Shown piece by piece: positions 49,813-61,878 of a stretch of 64,000 bases of DNA. The DNA comes from Actinomycetota bacterium. Its GTDB lineage: Bacteria; Actinomycetota; Actinomycetes; Nanopelagicales; Nanopelagicaceae. The first letter of the stretch is position 1. Each line of letters opens with the position of its first letter. The notes beneath the pieces are model-generated. The model worked only from the letters and a program-made list of their open reading frames with translations. It was not told the DNA's origin and did not search any database. The position numbers were made by a program, and so were the translations under genes. The DNA lies in NCBI GenBank assembly GCA_947449535.1, contig CANFRP010000006.1:1052-65051 (forward strand), written 5' to 3'.

Positions 49813-51213
49813 ATGAATTCAGAGGCCAAAACATACCTCAGCCTCCGACTTCTTGCACCACTTTCCCTCAGCTTTCACTTTGCTCTGCGGTGGATATTTC
49901 CTGAACCAAATATCCCGATAGATCTCATTCTCTATAACCTCACAGGAATATTTATCGCATTCACTATTTATTACTCCCCGCAATTTAATGACCGATCCGC
50001 GCAAATTGCACTCGCCGCTGGAATTGCTATTTGGAGCATTGGCTCATTTATCTCCACATTTAATGCGTTCTACGAGATGCACCTTCCACCAGTAGTAATC
50101 GATATCTCCTACTCACTTTTCTATCCACTCATACTCTTTGGACTAATTCGCACCTTAACTTTCAAGCGCCGAATCACCTCGGTTGAATTATTAGAATCAA
50201 TAATTATTACCTTGGGAGCATCGAGCATTCTCGCGGCCCTCCTGCTCAAGCCAGCCATGCTCTCCTTTGAAGGGAGCGCAGCTTCTGTCTATTTTTCAAT
50301 TCTCTACCCCTTGGGTGATCTCGTTCTTGTATCTATCGCACTTGCACTCTTCTTTATCCAATCTCCATCTGCTCGAGCGGAAATATTTCTCTTAGGTATT
50401 CTAATTTTTGCTACGACCGATTTTTATTTTCTCTGGGCATCTGCGCATGGCAATTATGCATTTGCTGCGCTAACCGATGATGGCTGGTTATTGGGATTGG
50501 CCATCATGGGCGAAGCGCTCTGGCATGGCGGTGGAGGTGAGCGAGTATCAGAGAGAATTACCGCTCTGGCTGCCACAACTTCGTTGGTAATGAGCAGTGG
50601 AATACTTATCTTTGCGGCGATGAATCCCACCTACTTTCCCTCCTTCGTTTTGATTCCATGTATTGCCACAATTACTCTGGCTTTTTTTCGAATGTCTTTA
50701 GCGCTTCGACGGGTGCGGATATCTCACGAAGATCAGGAATTAGCCAGGATCGATGAATTGACGGGACTGCCTAATAGACGTCGCTTCCTCGCCGAACTCG
50801 AAAAATTGCGAAGAAAAGAGGGATCGCTTCTACTTTTAGATCTCGATGGTTTTAAACCAGTGAATGATCTCTATGGCCATGCAATTGGAGATCTACTGCT
50901 TAGACATATCGCTGAACGCTTCTCTCGGATCATTACTGAAGATGGATTACTTGCCAGATTGGGCGGCGATGAATTCGGAGTCATTATTTATGGAGAGCCA
51001 CATATTGCTTCGGAGATTGCGCATGCGCTGCGGGCTTCATTGAGTTATCCCATTACCGTCAGTGGTCATGTGGCAAGCGTGGGTGTCTCCATTGGCCATG
51101 TCATCAATAACGATGAATCAACTTCTGAAGTCCTACTGCGGCGAGCAGATCACGCAATGTATGAGGCGAAGCGAAGCGGGCTGGGGATTCTTGCCTGGCC
51201 GATTCAGGCCTAA
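49813..51213 (+). CDS. Diguanylate cyclase (GGDEF) with an N-terminal domain of about 10 TM and unknown type
   Basis: 'DELTGLPNRR' and 'RLGGDEFGVI', so the active site is intact. There is no RxxD I-site 5 residues upstream ('ITED'). Confidence 0.88.
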   Translation: MNSEAKTYLSLRLLAPLSLSFHFALRWIFPEPNIPIDLILYNLTGIFIAFTIYYSPQFNDRSAQIALAAGIAIWSIGSFISTFNAFYEMHLPPVVIDISYSLFYPLILFGLIRTLTFKRRITSVELLESIIITLGASSILAALLLKPAMLSFEGSAASVYFSILYPLGDLVLVSIALALFFIQSPSARAEIFLLGILIFATTDFYFLWASAHGNYAFAALTDDGWLLGLAIMGEALWHGGGGERVSERITALAATTSLVMSSGILIFAAMNPTYFPSFVLIPCIATITLAFFRMSLALRRVRISHEDQELARIDELTGLPNRRRFLAELEKLRRKEGSLLLLDLDGFKPVNDLYGHAIGDLLLRHIAERFSRIITEDGLLARLGGDEFGVIIYGEPHIASEIAHALRASLSYPITVSGHVASVGVSIGHVINNDESTSEVLLRRADHAMYEAKRSGLGILAWPIQA

Positions 51214-52568
51214 TTTTCTGGAGGAAGTGGCTTATCTTCTTTAATCTCTTGCAATCGGGCCAATGACTCCAACCGCTCTACAGCATGATCAACAATTCGT
51301 TCTGGATAATTGTGGAGATATCCATCGAGATAATTCCAAGGCTCGTGAATTTCAGAATCCGATAAGTGCGCTAATTCCGGAACATATTTGCGGATGTATT
51401 TTCCTTCGACATCAAATCGTTTTCCTTGTTCGATGGGATTAAATACCCGGTAATACGGCGAAGCATCAGTGCCGCAGCCCGCGGTCCATTGCCATCCATG
51501 TGCATTTGAAGCAACATCAAAATCAACTAGGTGTTCCATAAAGAAATCTGCGCCGAGTTGCCACTCCAGATGAAGGTCCTTTACAAGGAAGGAAGCCACA
51601 ACCATCCGAGTTCGATTATGCATCCAGCCTTCTTGAACTAATTGGCGCATCGCAGCATCGACAAATGGATAGCCAGTCTTGCCTTCGCACCAGGCGGTAA
51701 AAGCTTTTCCAGGCTCTTCATAACGCATCTCTTTGAATCGAGGTGCGTAATAATCGGATTCGGTATGCGGATTGTTATGCAGAACATCTGCATAAAACTC
51801 ACGCCAGGCAATCTCTTTCCGAAAGACATCATGGGCCTTTGTTTGGTTGAGCTCTGCTAGAAGTGTGCGTGGGTGGATCTCTCCCCATTTCAAATGTGCG
51901 CTGAGCTTGCTCGTTCCATCAACGCCTGCGTTATTTCGTTCTTCATCGTAATTAGCGAGTGCGCCATCTTTAAATTTCTTCCAACGCGCATGCGCTGCTC
52001 TCTCTCCGGCAGGTGTAAGCGATACACCTTCTGGCAAAGGCCAATCAGGGAAATTACGATCACCCACTTGCGGGGTTACAGCTTTAATATTCTTAGGAGC
52101 GGCAACTGGCCCACGCCATCCATGCACTAACCAGGCCCGATAGAACGGGGTGTAGACCTTGTAAGGAGTGTTATCGCTGGGTTTGCGAACTCGCCCTGGC
52201 GAAACAGCATAAGGACTGCCGGTGCGAATTAATTTAATTCCTGATGCCTCAACTCGGGCATCGCGCGCGAGACCATATGGCTCAAACTCTTCTGAGATAT
52301 GAACTTCGGAAGCGTCGTATCGCTTCATGAGATCTTTAAGTACTTCAACTTGGTCGCCGACCATCACATGCAATTTATTGCCAAGTGATTCATCTAAAGC
52401 GCGAAGTGATTGGCCGAGATATGCCAAGCGCTTGCTTCCGCTCTTGCCAATGAGCGATGGATCGAGAATGAAGACTGGAACAAGCTCATCCCCTGCATCT
52501 ATCGCAGCGAGAAGAGCAGGGTTATCTGCAAGTCGTAAGTCACGTCGAAACCAAAAGATGGATCGCAT
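51210..52568 (-). CDS. phr: Deoxyribodipyrimidine photolyase (class I CPD / cryptochrome-photolyase family)
   Basis: 'IFWFRRDLRLADNPAL','WREFY','TGYPFVDAAMRQL','GWMHNRTRM'. Confidence 0.92.
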   Translation of the reverse strand: MRSIFWFRRDLRLADNPALLAAIDAGDELVPVFILDPSLIGKSGSKRLAYLGQSLRALDESLGNKLHVMVGDQVEVLKDLMKRYDASEVHISEEFEPYGLARDARVEASGIKLIRTGSPYAVSPGRVRKPSDNTPYKVYTPFYRAWLVHGWRGPVAAPKNIKAVTPQVGDRNFPDWPLPEGVSLTPAGERAAHARWKKFKDGALANYDEERNNAGVDGTSKLSAHLKWGEIHPRTLLAELNQTKAHDVFRKEIAWREFYADVLHNNPHTESDYYAPRFKEMRYEEPGKAFTAWCEGKTGYPFVDAAMRQLVQEGWMHNRTRMVVASFLVKDLHLEWQLGADFFMEHLVDFDVASNAHGWQWTAGCGTDASPYYRVFNPIEQGKRFDVEGKYIRKYVPELAHLSDSEIHEPWNYLDGYLHNYPERIVDHAVERLESLARLQEIKEDKPLPPEN

Positions 52569-52571
52569 GAA

Positions 52572-53711
52572 TTAGTTGTGGAGTGACTCCACAGATGCAT
52601 CCCATCCCTTTACATCTTGTGGCTTGCGAGGGCCATGTCCGATGTAACGGGCAGATGGACGAATGATGCGACCAGCGCGCTTCTGCTCGAGAATGTGCGC
52701 AGACCAACCGGCAGTACGTGCAGCTGTAAACATAGAAGTAAAGAGATGCGCTGGAACTTCGGCGTAATCCAAAACAATTGCTGCCCAGAACTCTACGTTC
52801 GTTTCGAGAACGCGGTCGGGATAACGCTCGTGAAGCTCTGCCAGGGCTGCTTTCTCTAGCGCTACGGCAACGTCATAACGTGGCGCACCAAGTTCGCGAG
52901 CTACGCGACGAAGTGTGCGAGCACGTGGATCTTCTGCGCGATATACGCGATGACCAAAGCCCATGAGGCGATCACCACGATCCATAATTCCCTTGACGTA
53001 TGCGCGGGCATCGCCAGATTTCTCAACATCTTCAATCATTCCAAGGACACGTGATGGAGCGCCACCATGCAATGGTCCAGACATTGCACCAATTGCACCA
53101 GATATAGATGCAGCAACATCCGCACCAGTAGATGCAATAACGCGAGAAGTAAATGTTGACGCGTTCATTCCGTGCTCTGCAGCAGAAACAAAATAGGCAT
53201 CGACCGCGCGAACATGCTTTGGATCAGGCTCTCCGCGCCAGCGAATCATCATTCGCTCAACAACTGTATGTGCCTTATCAACTTCAGATTGTGGAATCGC
53301 AGGAGCTGTTCCGCGCGCTGCTTGTGCAACGTAGGAAAGGACCATGACCGATGTACGAGCTAAGTTGCTGCGAGCTTCTTCATCTGAGATATCAAGAAGT
53401 GGTTTGAATCCCCACGCAGGCGCCAACATCGCGATCGCGGATTGAACATCTACGCGAACATCACCTGAGTGCACTGGAAGCGGGAAAGGTTCTGCAGGAG
53501 GAAGGCCAGGGTTGAATTCATCATCAACCAGGAGGCCCCACACATTTCCAAAAGTTACTTTTCCGACTAAGTCTTCAATATCTACGCCGCGATAGCGAAG
53601 CGCGCTACCTTCTTTATCTGGTTCAGCAATGACAGATTCGAATGCAATTACGCCTTCTAGACCTGGCTTGAAATCATCTGACACGTGGAGCTCCTTTAAA
53701 GAGTGTTGCAA
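52572..53711 (-). CDS. Citrate synthase (short, CitA/2-methylcitrate-synthase-like type)
   Basis: 'HAEHGMNAST'-like 'AAEHGMNASTF','GPLHGGA','GFGHRVYR'. Confidence 0.9.
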   Translation of the reverse strand: MQHSLKELHVSDDFKPGLEGVIAFESVIAEPDKEGSALRYRGVDIEDLVGKVTFGNVWGLLVDDEFNPGLPPAEPFPLPVHSGDVRVDVQSAIAMLAPAWGFKPLLDISDEEARSNLARTSVMVLSYVAQAARGTAPAIPQSEVDKAHTVVERMMIRWRGEPDPKHVRAVDAYFVSAAEHGMNASTFTSRVIASTGADVAASISGAIGAMSGPLHGGAPSRVLGMIEDVEKSGDARAYVKGIMDRGDRLMGFGHRVYRAEDPRARTLRRVARELGAPRYDVAVALEKAALAELHERYPDRVLETNVEFWAAIVLDYAEVPAHLFTSMFTAARTAGWSAHILEQKRAGRIIRPSARYIGHGPRKPQDVKGWDASVESLHN

Positions 53712-53788
53712 TTCCGCTTAGGTTCTTATTCTCCAACTATGGGCGGCAACTTCCAACTCCCCCCGTTCGACTAGCCCACAGGGCAAAA

Positions 53789-54481
53789 GTGACGTTAGAT
53801 ACACCCATGGGAAATGAGCAGGCGAATCTGGACCGAGCGGCCATACGCGAAATGCGCCGTTCTTATGGCGAGGTCGGAATTACTGAGGCCAATTTTCCCA
53901 CTGACCCGGCGAAGGCATTTCATTTGTGGCTGCGAGATGCCGCTGAGAATCCAATTATTGTTGAAGCAAATGCCATGGTTCTCTCGACTGTCACTGTCGA
54001 TGGCCCACAATCTCGAACTGTGCTTCTCAAAGATTTCACTGATGAAGGATTTACTTTCTTCACAAATTACGAATCTCGAAAGGCGCGGGCTATCGCGGGC
54101 GATAACCGAACCTCACTCCTCTTTCCTTGGTATGCCATGGAGCGCCAAGTCTTGGTGAACGGAACTACCGAAAAACTCTCTGAAAAAGAGAGCGATGAAT
54201 ATTTTGCGGTGCGGCCTTGGGGTAGCCAGATTGGAGCCTGGGCAAGTGCTCAATCTGCTGAGCTTGCCGATCGCCAGACACTGGAGACTAAGTACGCAGA
54301 GTTTGCAGCGAAATATCCGGAAGGTAGCGCCGTTCCGCGGCCGCCTCATTGGGGCGGGTTTGCAGTGACACCGACTAGCATTGAGTTCTGGCAAGGGCGC
54401 CACTCTCGTCTACACGATCGCTTTATCTTTACTCGAGATACTTCATCCGGCGCTTGGTTACGCCAACGCCTCTACCCTTAG
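53789..54481 (+). CDS. pdxH: Pyridoxamine 5'-phosphate oxidase
   Basis: 'IEFWQGRHSRLHDR' and a C-terminal 'RLYP'. The start is either GTG 53789 or ATG 53807. Confidence 0.9.
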   Translation: MTLDTPMGNEQANLDRAAIREMRRSYGEVGITEANFPTDPAKAFHLWLRDAAENPIIVEANAMVLSTVTVDGPQSRTVLLKDFTDEGFTFFTNYESRKARAIAGDNRTSLLFPWYAMERQVLVNGTTEKLSEKESDEYFAVRPWGSQIGAWASAQSAELADRQTLETKYAEFAAKYPEGSAVPRPPHWGGFAVTPTSIEFWQGRHSRLHDRFIFTRDTSSGAWLRQRLYP

Positions 54482-54490
54482 GAAAAATAG

Positions 54491-55624
<1,134 letters not shown>

Positions 55625-55648
55625 TTCATGAGCTACAAAGTTCGACGA

Positions 55649-56938
55649 TTAGTGACGCTCGCCGTTCTTGTCGGTATTACCGCTCTGATTTTTCTTAAGG
55701 GCTAAAACATCCTCAACCGCAATTGAAGCGGGGCGATCCATTCGTCCCGCAAAGAGGAAGTAGATAACTACCGCAGCAAGTGAGGTAATTGCGCCGCATC
55801 CGGCAATAGTTTGGCGAACTCCGATCTGGGTACACATCCACCCAATCAGCGGTGCGCCAAAGGGAGATCCGCCCATAAATATCAGAAGATAAATTCCAAG
55901 TACCCGGCCACGAATGGCACCATCAGAATTAGTCTGCACATAGGAATTAGCTGCAATCATCGTAGTGAGTGCGAGTGACCCACATAAAGGCAGCGAGAGT
56001 GCGTAAGTGAAATAGCTGGGGGTTACTGAAGAGAGCATCACGCTCAGTCCAAATGCGGTTGCGAAGCCCATAATAAATTTTGGTGAGCGACGTCGATCGA
56101 GTTTGGCAGACATTAGCGCTCCCGAGAGCGAACCAATTGCGACAATACTTCCGAGCAGTCCGTAGGAACGTGGGCCTTTCTCAAATACTTGGGTTGCCAT
56201 AATCGCGGTAAAGATTTGAAAATTGAGACCAAAAGTTGCGGCAAAGAGAACTGTCCACATCACGGCGAGAATATCTTTGCGCGCTCTAACGTAAGCAAAG
56301 CCCTCTCGGATCTTGGCATTTGACTTCTGCTCTTCCGTGATATGTAGATCGCTCTCGCGTAAGAGAAAGAGTGAGCCAAAGACAATGAGATAGGTGGCGC
56401 CATTTAAGAGAAATGCAGGGCCAGTGCCAAATGCCGCAATGATGATTCCGGTGATGCCTGGCCCAAAGAGGCGACCAGCATTGAAGTTGGCTGAATTAAG
56501 ACTTACGGCATTGGCAAGATCACTTTTGCCGACAATCTCGGAAGTAAAAGTTTGGCGAACTGGCGCATCGAGGGCGGAGAAGGCACCAAGTGCAAAAGCG
56601 AGAAAGTAAACATCGTAAATCACAGCATGTTTAGTGATGACCAGAATTCCCAAAATAATAGCCGTAAGTGCGCCACCGAGATTTGTAAACATCAAGAGCT
56701 TCTTTTTATTAAAGCGATCGGCGAGTGATCCAGCATGAAGACTAAAAAGAAGTGAAGGTAAGAATTGCAGCCCAGTAACAATGCCCAATTCCTTGGCGCT
56801 ATGCGTTAATTCCAGGACCAGCCAATCTTGGGCGACCCGTTGGGACCAGGTGCCGATATTGGAGAGGAAATTTGCTGGGAAGAGAATTCGAAAATTCCGG
56901 TGGCGGAAGGATCGCAGCGCACCATTACTTTCAAACAT
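55649..56938 (-). CDS. MFS transporter (EntS/MFS_3-like)
   Basis: 429 aa, 12 TM, with an N-terminal 'FRHRNFRILF...' typical of this MFS subgroup. Confidence 0.85.
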   Translation of the reverse strand: MFESNGALRSFRHRNFRILFPANFLSNIGTWSQRVAQDWLVLELTHSAKELGIVTGLQFLPSLLFSLHAGSLADRFNKKKLLMFTNLGGALTAIILGILVITKHAVIYDVYFLAFALGAFSALDAPVRQTFTSEIVGKSDLANAVSLNSANFNAGRLFGPGITGIIIAAFGTGPAFLLNGATYLIVFGSLFLLRESDLHITEEQKSNAKIREGFAYVRARKDILAVMWTVLFAATFGLNFQIFTAIMATQVFEKGPRSYGLLGSIVAIGSLSGALMSAKLDRRRSPKFIMGFATAFGLSVMLSSVTPSYFTYALSLPLCGSLALTTMIAANSYVQTNSDGAIRGRVLGIYLLIFMGGSPFGAPLIGWMCTQIGVRQTIAGCGAITSLAAVVIYFLFAGRMDRPASIAVEDVLALKKNQSGNTDKNGERH

Positions 56939-56967
56939 GTGAGCACTTTACTGATTATGCTTGAGCC

Positions 56968-57174
56968 ATGGCAGTTAAAGTAAAGCAAACATTGACGGCA
57001 GCATCGGTCATCATCTTTGGAGTTGTTGCGTGGGCAGTTGCGTTAGTTGTGGCGCTTGCTACGAGTGCATCATCAGAGAAAATTTGGGTATGCCTCGTCG
57101 GAATTGCTTTAGGGCTATGGGGACTTTCTTACACGATTCGTCGCGCTAAGCGCGAGCATGTTAAGAACCTGTAA
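56968..57174 (+). CDS. Small 2-TM membrane protein (possibly DUF2530-like)
   Basis: 68 aa with two hydrophobic helices and a basic C-terminus. The family call is from memory of csp-neighbouring genes and is weak. Confidence 0.45.
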   Translation: MAVKVKQTLTAASVIIFGVVAWAVALVVALATSASSEKIWVCLVGIALGLWGLSYTIRRAKREHVKNL

Positions 57175-57186
57175 AACTTAGCCTGC

Positions 57187-57570
57187 TTACCCTTCAATAG
57201 CTCCAGCAATACCTCGGAGAACTTTTGCAAGACGTTCGGCATCTGGACCGGCTGGATGGCGCCCATGACGAAGACCGTTGCCTACCTTGTCCAAGATCTT
57301 GATGGTGTCTTCAATCATTGTTGCAAGATCATCAGTATTAATACGTGTATTAGCCACAACAGATGCTGGCTCATCGATGATGCGAACAGAGAGTGCTTGC
57401 GGACCACGACGACCATCGGCAATACCAAATTCAAGTTTGGTGCCAGGCTTTACTGTGGTGATTCCACCAGGAAGAGCTGCAGATGCAAGATAAACATCTT
57501 CGCCTTCTTCAGATGAAATAAATCCAAAACCCTTTTCGAGGCTGTACCACTTCACGCGACCAATTGGCAT
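57187..57570 (-). CDS. Cold-shock-domain protein with a C-terminal extension
   Basis: 'GRVKWYSLEKGFGFISS' (RNP1-like). 127 aa. Confidence 0.9.
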   Translation of the reverse strand: MPIGRVKWYSLEKGFGFISSEEGEDVYLASAALPGGITTVKPGTKLEFGIADGRRGPQALSVRIIDEPASVVANTRINTDDLATMIEDTIKILDKVGNGLRHGRHPAGPDAERLAKVLRGIAGAIEG

Positions 57571-57644
57571 GGTTCGTTCCTCGCTTTTCTAGTGATCATT
57601 TCGTGTACTCGCCATCGCTGAGATGGACAGGGTCAAAGTTTAAC

Positions 57645-58358
57645 CTATTCGGTGATGACCATGGCTTCGGAATGAGCGCCGCAGCCGTGATCGATGCTCA
57701 CTACACGCGCATCTTCAGGCGAGAGGAGGTTGGCGCAGACACCAAATGCTTGGCGCAATGAGCCGGCAAGCGGGATGAAGAAGCCGCATGAGAAGCAAGG
57801 CTTGGGAGCTTGCTCAGCGATTGAAGTATTAGGTCCACGATCACCGTCGTACCAACGTTTGCTGGCTAAATCGCGACCGGTAATAGAAAGTACGCGTGCA
57901 CGACCTAGACCAAATTCAAAGAGTTGTGCTGGATCTAAATCTTCATCGCCCGGCAATGAATTAAAACCAGGTACTAAACGTTCGTCATCGGCGTAGGTAG
58001 GAAGGATGTCGCCAACACCAACATCGCCAGGAAGAACGCGATCTTTATATGCAACCCACTCTGGTGCAAGTAGTGACTCAGATCCAGGAAGTAACACAAC
58101 ATCGCAGACAGTTGTGGAATCTGATCCCTCAACTTTTGCAATTGTTACGCCCCAACGCCATCCGCCATACCCAGGAAGTTTTGCTTCAAATAGGTAAGTT
58201 GCGATGCGACCTGTGACAGCGCCATCAGTGGAATCTGCTGTTGTATCGAGATCTACAGATACCAGCGCACCAACAAAATCAGGATTGACGGCATCTTCAA
58301 TGGCAGCCGTGCGTGCCTGACTTTCTGCGTTAAATGTATCTGTGATGCTCATGTGCAA
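57645..58358 (-). CDS. DUF3027-domain protein
   Basis: C-terminal Cys cluster 'CFSCGFF...FGVCAN...DHGCGAHSE'. Conserved partner of the long Csp gene in Actinobacteria. Confidence 0.7.
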   Translation of the reverse strand: MHMSITDTFNAESQARTAAIEDAVNPDFVGALVSVDLDTTADSTDGAVTGRIATYLFEAKLPGYGGWRWGVTIAKVEGSDSTTVCDVVLLPGSESLLAPEWVAYKDRVLPGDVGVGDILPTYADDERLVPGFNSLPGDEDLDPAQLFEFGLGRARVLSITGRDLASKRWYDGDRGPNTSIAEQAPKPCFSCGFFIPLAGSLRQAFGVCANLLSPEDARVVSIDHGCGAHSEAMVITE

Positions 58359-58368
58359 ACCTTAAAGC

Positions 58369-58401
58369 AAAAAGCCCCCGAAAAGAATTCGAGGGCTTTT
58401 T
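58369..58401 (-). terminator. Rho-independent (bidirectional-looking) terminator of groEL
   Basis: aaaaagccc/gggcttttt stem plus an inner cga/tcg extension, flanked by an A-run and a T-run. Lies 42 nt after the groEL stop. Confidence 0.7.
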
Positions 58402-58442
58402 CGCGCTTATTAGCCTTTAATTGCTACGAAGGAGATGACTTA

Positions 58443-60077
<1,635 letters not shown>

Positions 60078-60108
60078 TTATTTAGGTCTAGATAGGTGAG
60101 CTGCCTGG

Positions 60109-60135
60109 TTATCACTCGCAGCCCTTGAGTGCTAA
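60109..60135. promoter_or_regulatory. CIRCE operator (HrcA binding site) in the groEL leader
   Basis: TTATCACTC-N9-GAGTGCTAA compared with the consensus TTAGCACTC-N9-GAGTGCTAA (1 mismatch). Lies 47-73 nt upstream of the groEL ATG. Confidence 0.85.
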
Positions 60136-60194
60136 CGCCAAATCTAGAGCAGGCAGGCGGGGTCGTCAAAAGGAAGCGGTCGACGAGGGGGGGG

Positions 60195-60467
60195 TTAGGC
60201 GGTGCGGGCGTTGGTGCGAGCCTCGCGCAGGCGACGAAGGCGCTTCACGAGCATAGGAGATGCCAAAAGCGCATCCTCGCGGTCGATCAAATTATTAAGG
60301 AGCTGGTAATAAGCAGGCGGGGTCATATCAAAAAGATCTTTAATGGCGCTCTCTTTAGCGCCCGCATAGCGCCACCATTGGCGCTCAAAATCCAGGATTC
60401 GGACTTCTAGATCGGTCAGACGAGAAAGATCTTCGCCAGTCGCGTTCTGTATTTCTGCCATATCCAT
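60195..60467 (-). CDS. DUF3263-domain protein
   Basis: 'ILDFERQWWRYAGAKESAIKDLF...YYQLLNNLID...LVKRLRRLRE'. Confidence 0.7.
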   Translation of the reverse strand: MDMAEIQNATGEDLSRLTDLEVRILDFERQWWRYAGAKESAIKDLFDMTPPAYYQLLNNLIDREDALLASPMLVKRLRRLREARTNARTA

Positions 60468-60525
60468 TCGAGAAGCATAAAGGAGAGGGCTGACAATTTC
60501 TGGTATTTCGGTAGAAAAAAGTTAA

Positions 60526-61878
60526 TTAAAGAGTGGCAAGAATCTCTTCAATATCGGCCATCTTGGTCCATGGATTCACGATCGCAAAGCGCAAAATCGG
60601 CTGACCCTTGTGGGCTGATGGGGTCACAAATCCAATTTGGTCGGCCAGTAATTTATCGGACCACTCTTGATATTGCGAAGCGGTCCAACCATTGCGGGTG
60701 AATGCCACAACAGAGAGCGCCGGATCACCAAGCAATGTAAGTCGTGGGTGATTGCGAATTAATTCAGCAGCACCGCGAGCAACATCCATCGTGTGTTCCA
60801 TCGCTGCCGAATATTCATCGGTGCCATGCGCCGCTAAGGAGAACCAGAAAGGTAATCCACGCGCACGACGAGTCAGGTGAATTGCGTAATCAGATGGATT
60901 CCATTCATTCTCATCTTCCAACGTCTCCAGATAAGAGGCCTTTTGAATGTGCGCTCGCTTAGCAATTGTGGGATCGCGATAAATCAATGCGCAAGCGTCA
61001 AAGGGTGCGAAGAGCCATTTATGCGGATCGACTATAAGTGAATCGGCTTTTTCAACGCCAGCAAATAATGGGCGAACAGATGGTGCACACAATGCCGCTA
61101 ATCCATATGCGCCATCCACATGGAACCAGATATCGCGCGCTTGTGCGGCACTCCCAACACCAGAGAGATCATCAATGATTCCCAGGTTGGTGGTGCCTGC
61201 TGTTGCAACTATGGCAAATACCCGGTGGGTGGGATTTTCGGAATGATATTGATCAATGGCAGAAGCAACTTCCGCGCCCTGCATCGAGCCCTTCTCGTTT
61301 GGCTTAATAAATAAAGTCGAAATATCCATAACCGCAGCCGCCGAGGCAATCGATGAATGTGCTTCTGCACTCGCAGCTACGACCCAACGGGTGACATCGG
61401 GATATTTTTCACGAGCATGAAAACGAGCGGCCACTAACGCCGATAAATTTCCAATAGTTCCGCCTTGCACAAAAACCCCACCAGATGATTCGGGTAGGCC
61501 AGCTAAATCTGAAATCCACTTCAAAGCTTGGTTTTCCGCAAAAACTGCGCCAGCACCTTCTAGCCATGAGCCACCATAAAGAGCCGATGCGCCCACAACT
61601 AAATCAAAGAGGTTGGCATATTCACTTGGCGCGGAGGGAATAAATGCTAGGTAACGTGGATGGTCAGTAGAAATACAGGCAAGCGCTAATACATCCTTGA
61701 AGAGTGCAAAAGTTTCATGACCGCCGAGACCTTTGGCTGTAATTGTATTTCCGGCAAGCGCATACAACTCTTCCGGAGTTTTGGGGCCATCAAGAGGTGG
61801 ATCGGTACGCAATCGCACAAGGCTGTAATCCAGGATCTCTTGCGCAAGCTCTTCGACCTCTTTCGTAAATTCATGCAT
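60526..61878 (-). CDS. PLP-dependent group II amino-acid decarboxylase
   Basis: 'GGTIGNL' and 'VDPHKWLFAPFD' (PLP Lys). 450 aa. Substrate unknown. Confidence 0.8.
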   Translation of the reverse strand: MHEFTKEVEELAQEILDYSLVRLRTDPPLDGPKTPEELYALAGNTITAKGLGGHETFALFKDVLALACISTDHPRYLAFIPSAPSEYANLFDLVVGASALYGGSWLEGAGAVFAENQALKWISDLAGLPESSGGVFVQGGTIGNLSALVAARFHAREKYPDVTRWVVAASAEAHSSIASAAAVMDISTLFIKPNEKGSMQGAEVASAIDQYHSENPTHRVFAIVATAGTTNLGIIDDLSGVGSAAQARDIWFHVDGAYGLAALCAPSVRPLFAGVEKADSLIVDPHKWLFAPFDACALIYRDPTIAKRAHIQKASYLETLEDENEWNPSDYAIHLTRRARGLPFWFSLAAHGTDEYSAAMEHTMDVARGAAELIRNHPRLTLLGDPALSVVAFTRNGWTASQYQEWSDKLLADQIGFVTPSAHKGQPILRFAIVNPWTKMADIEEILATL

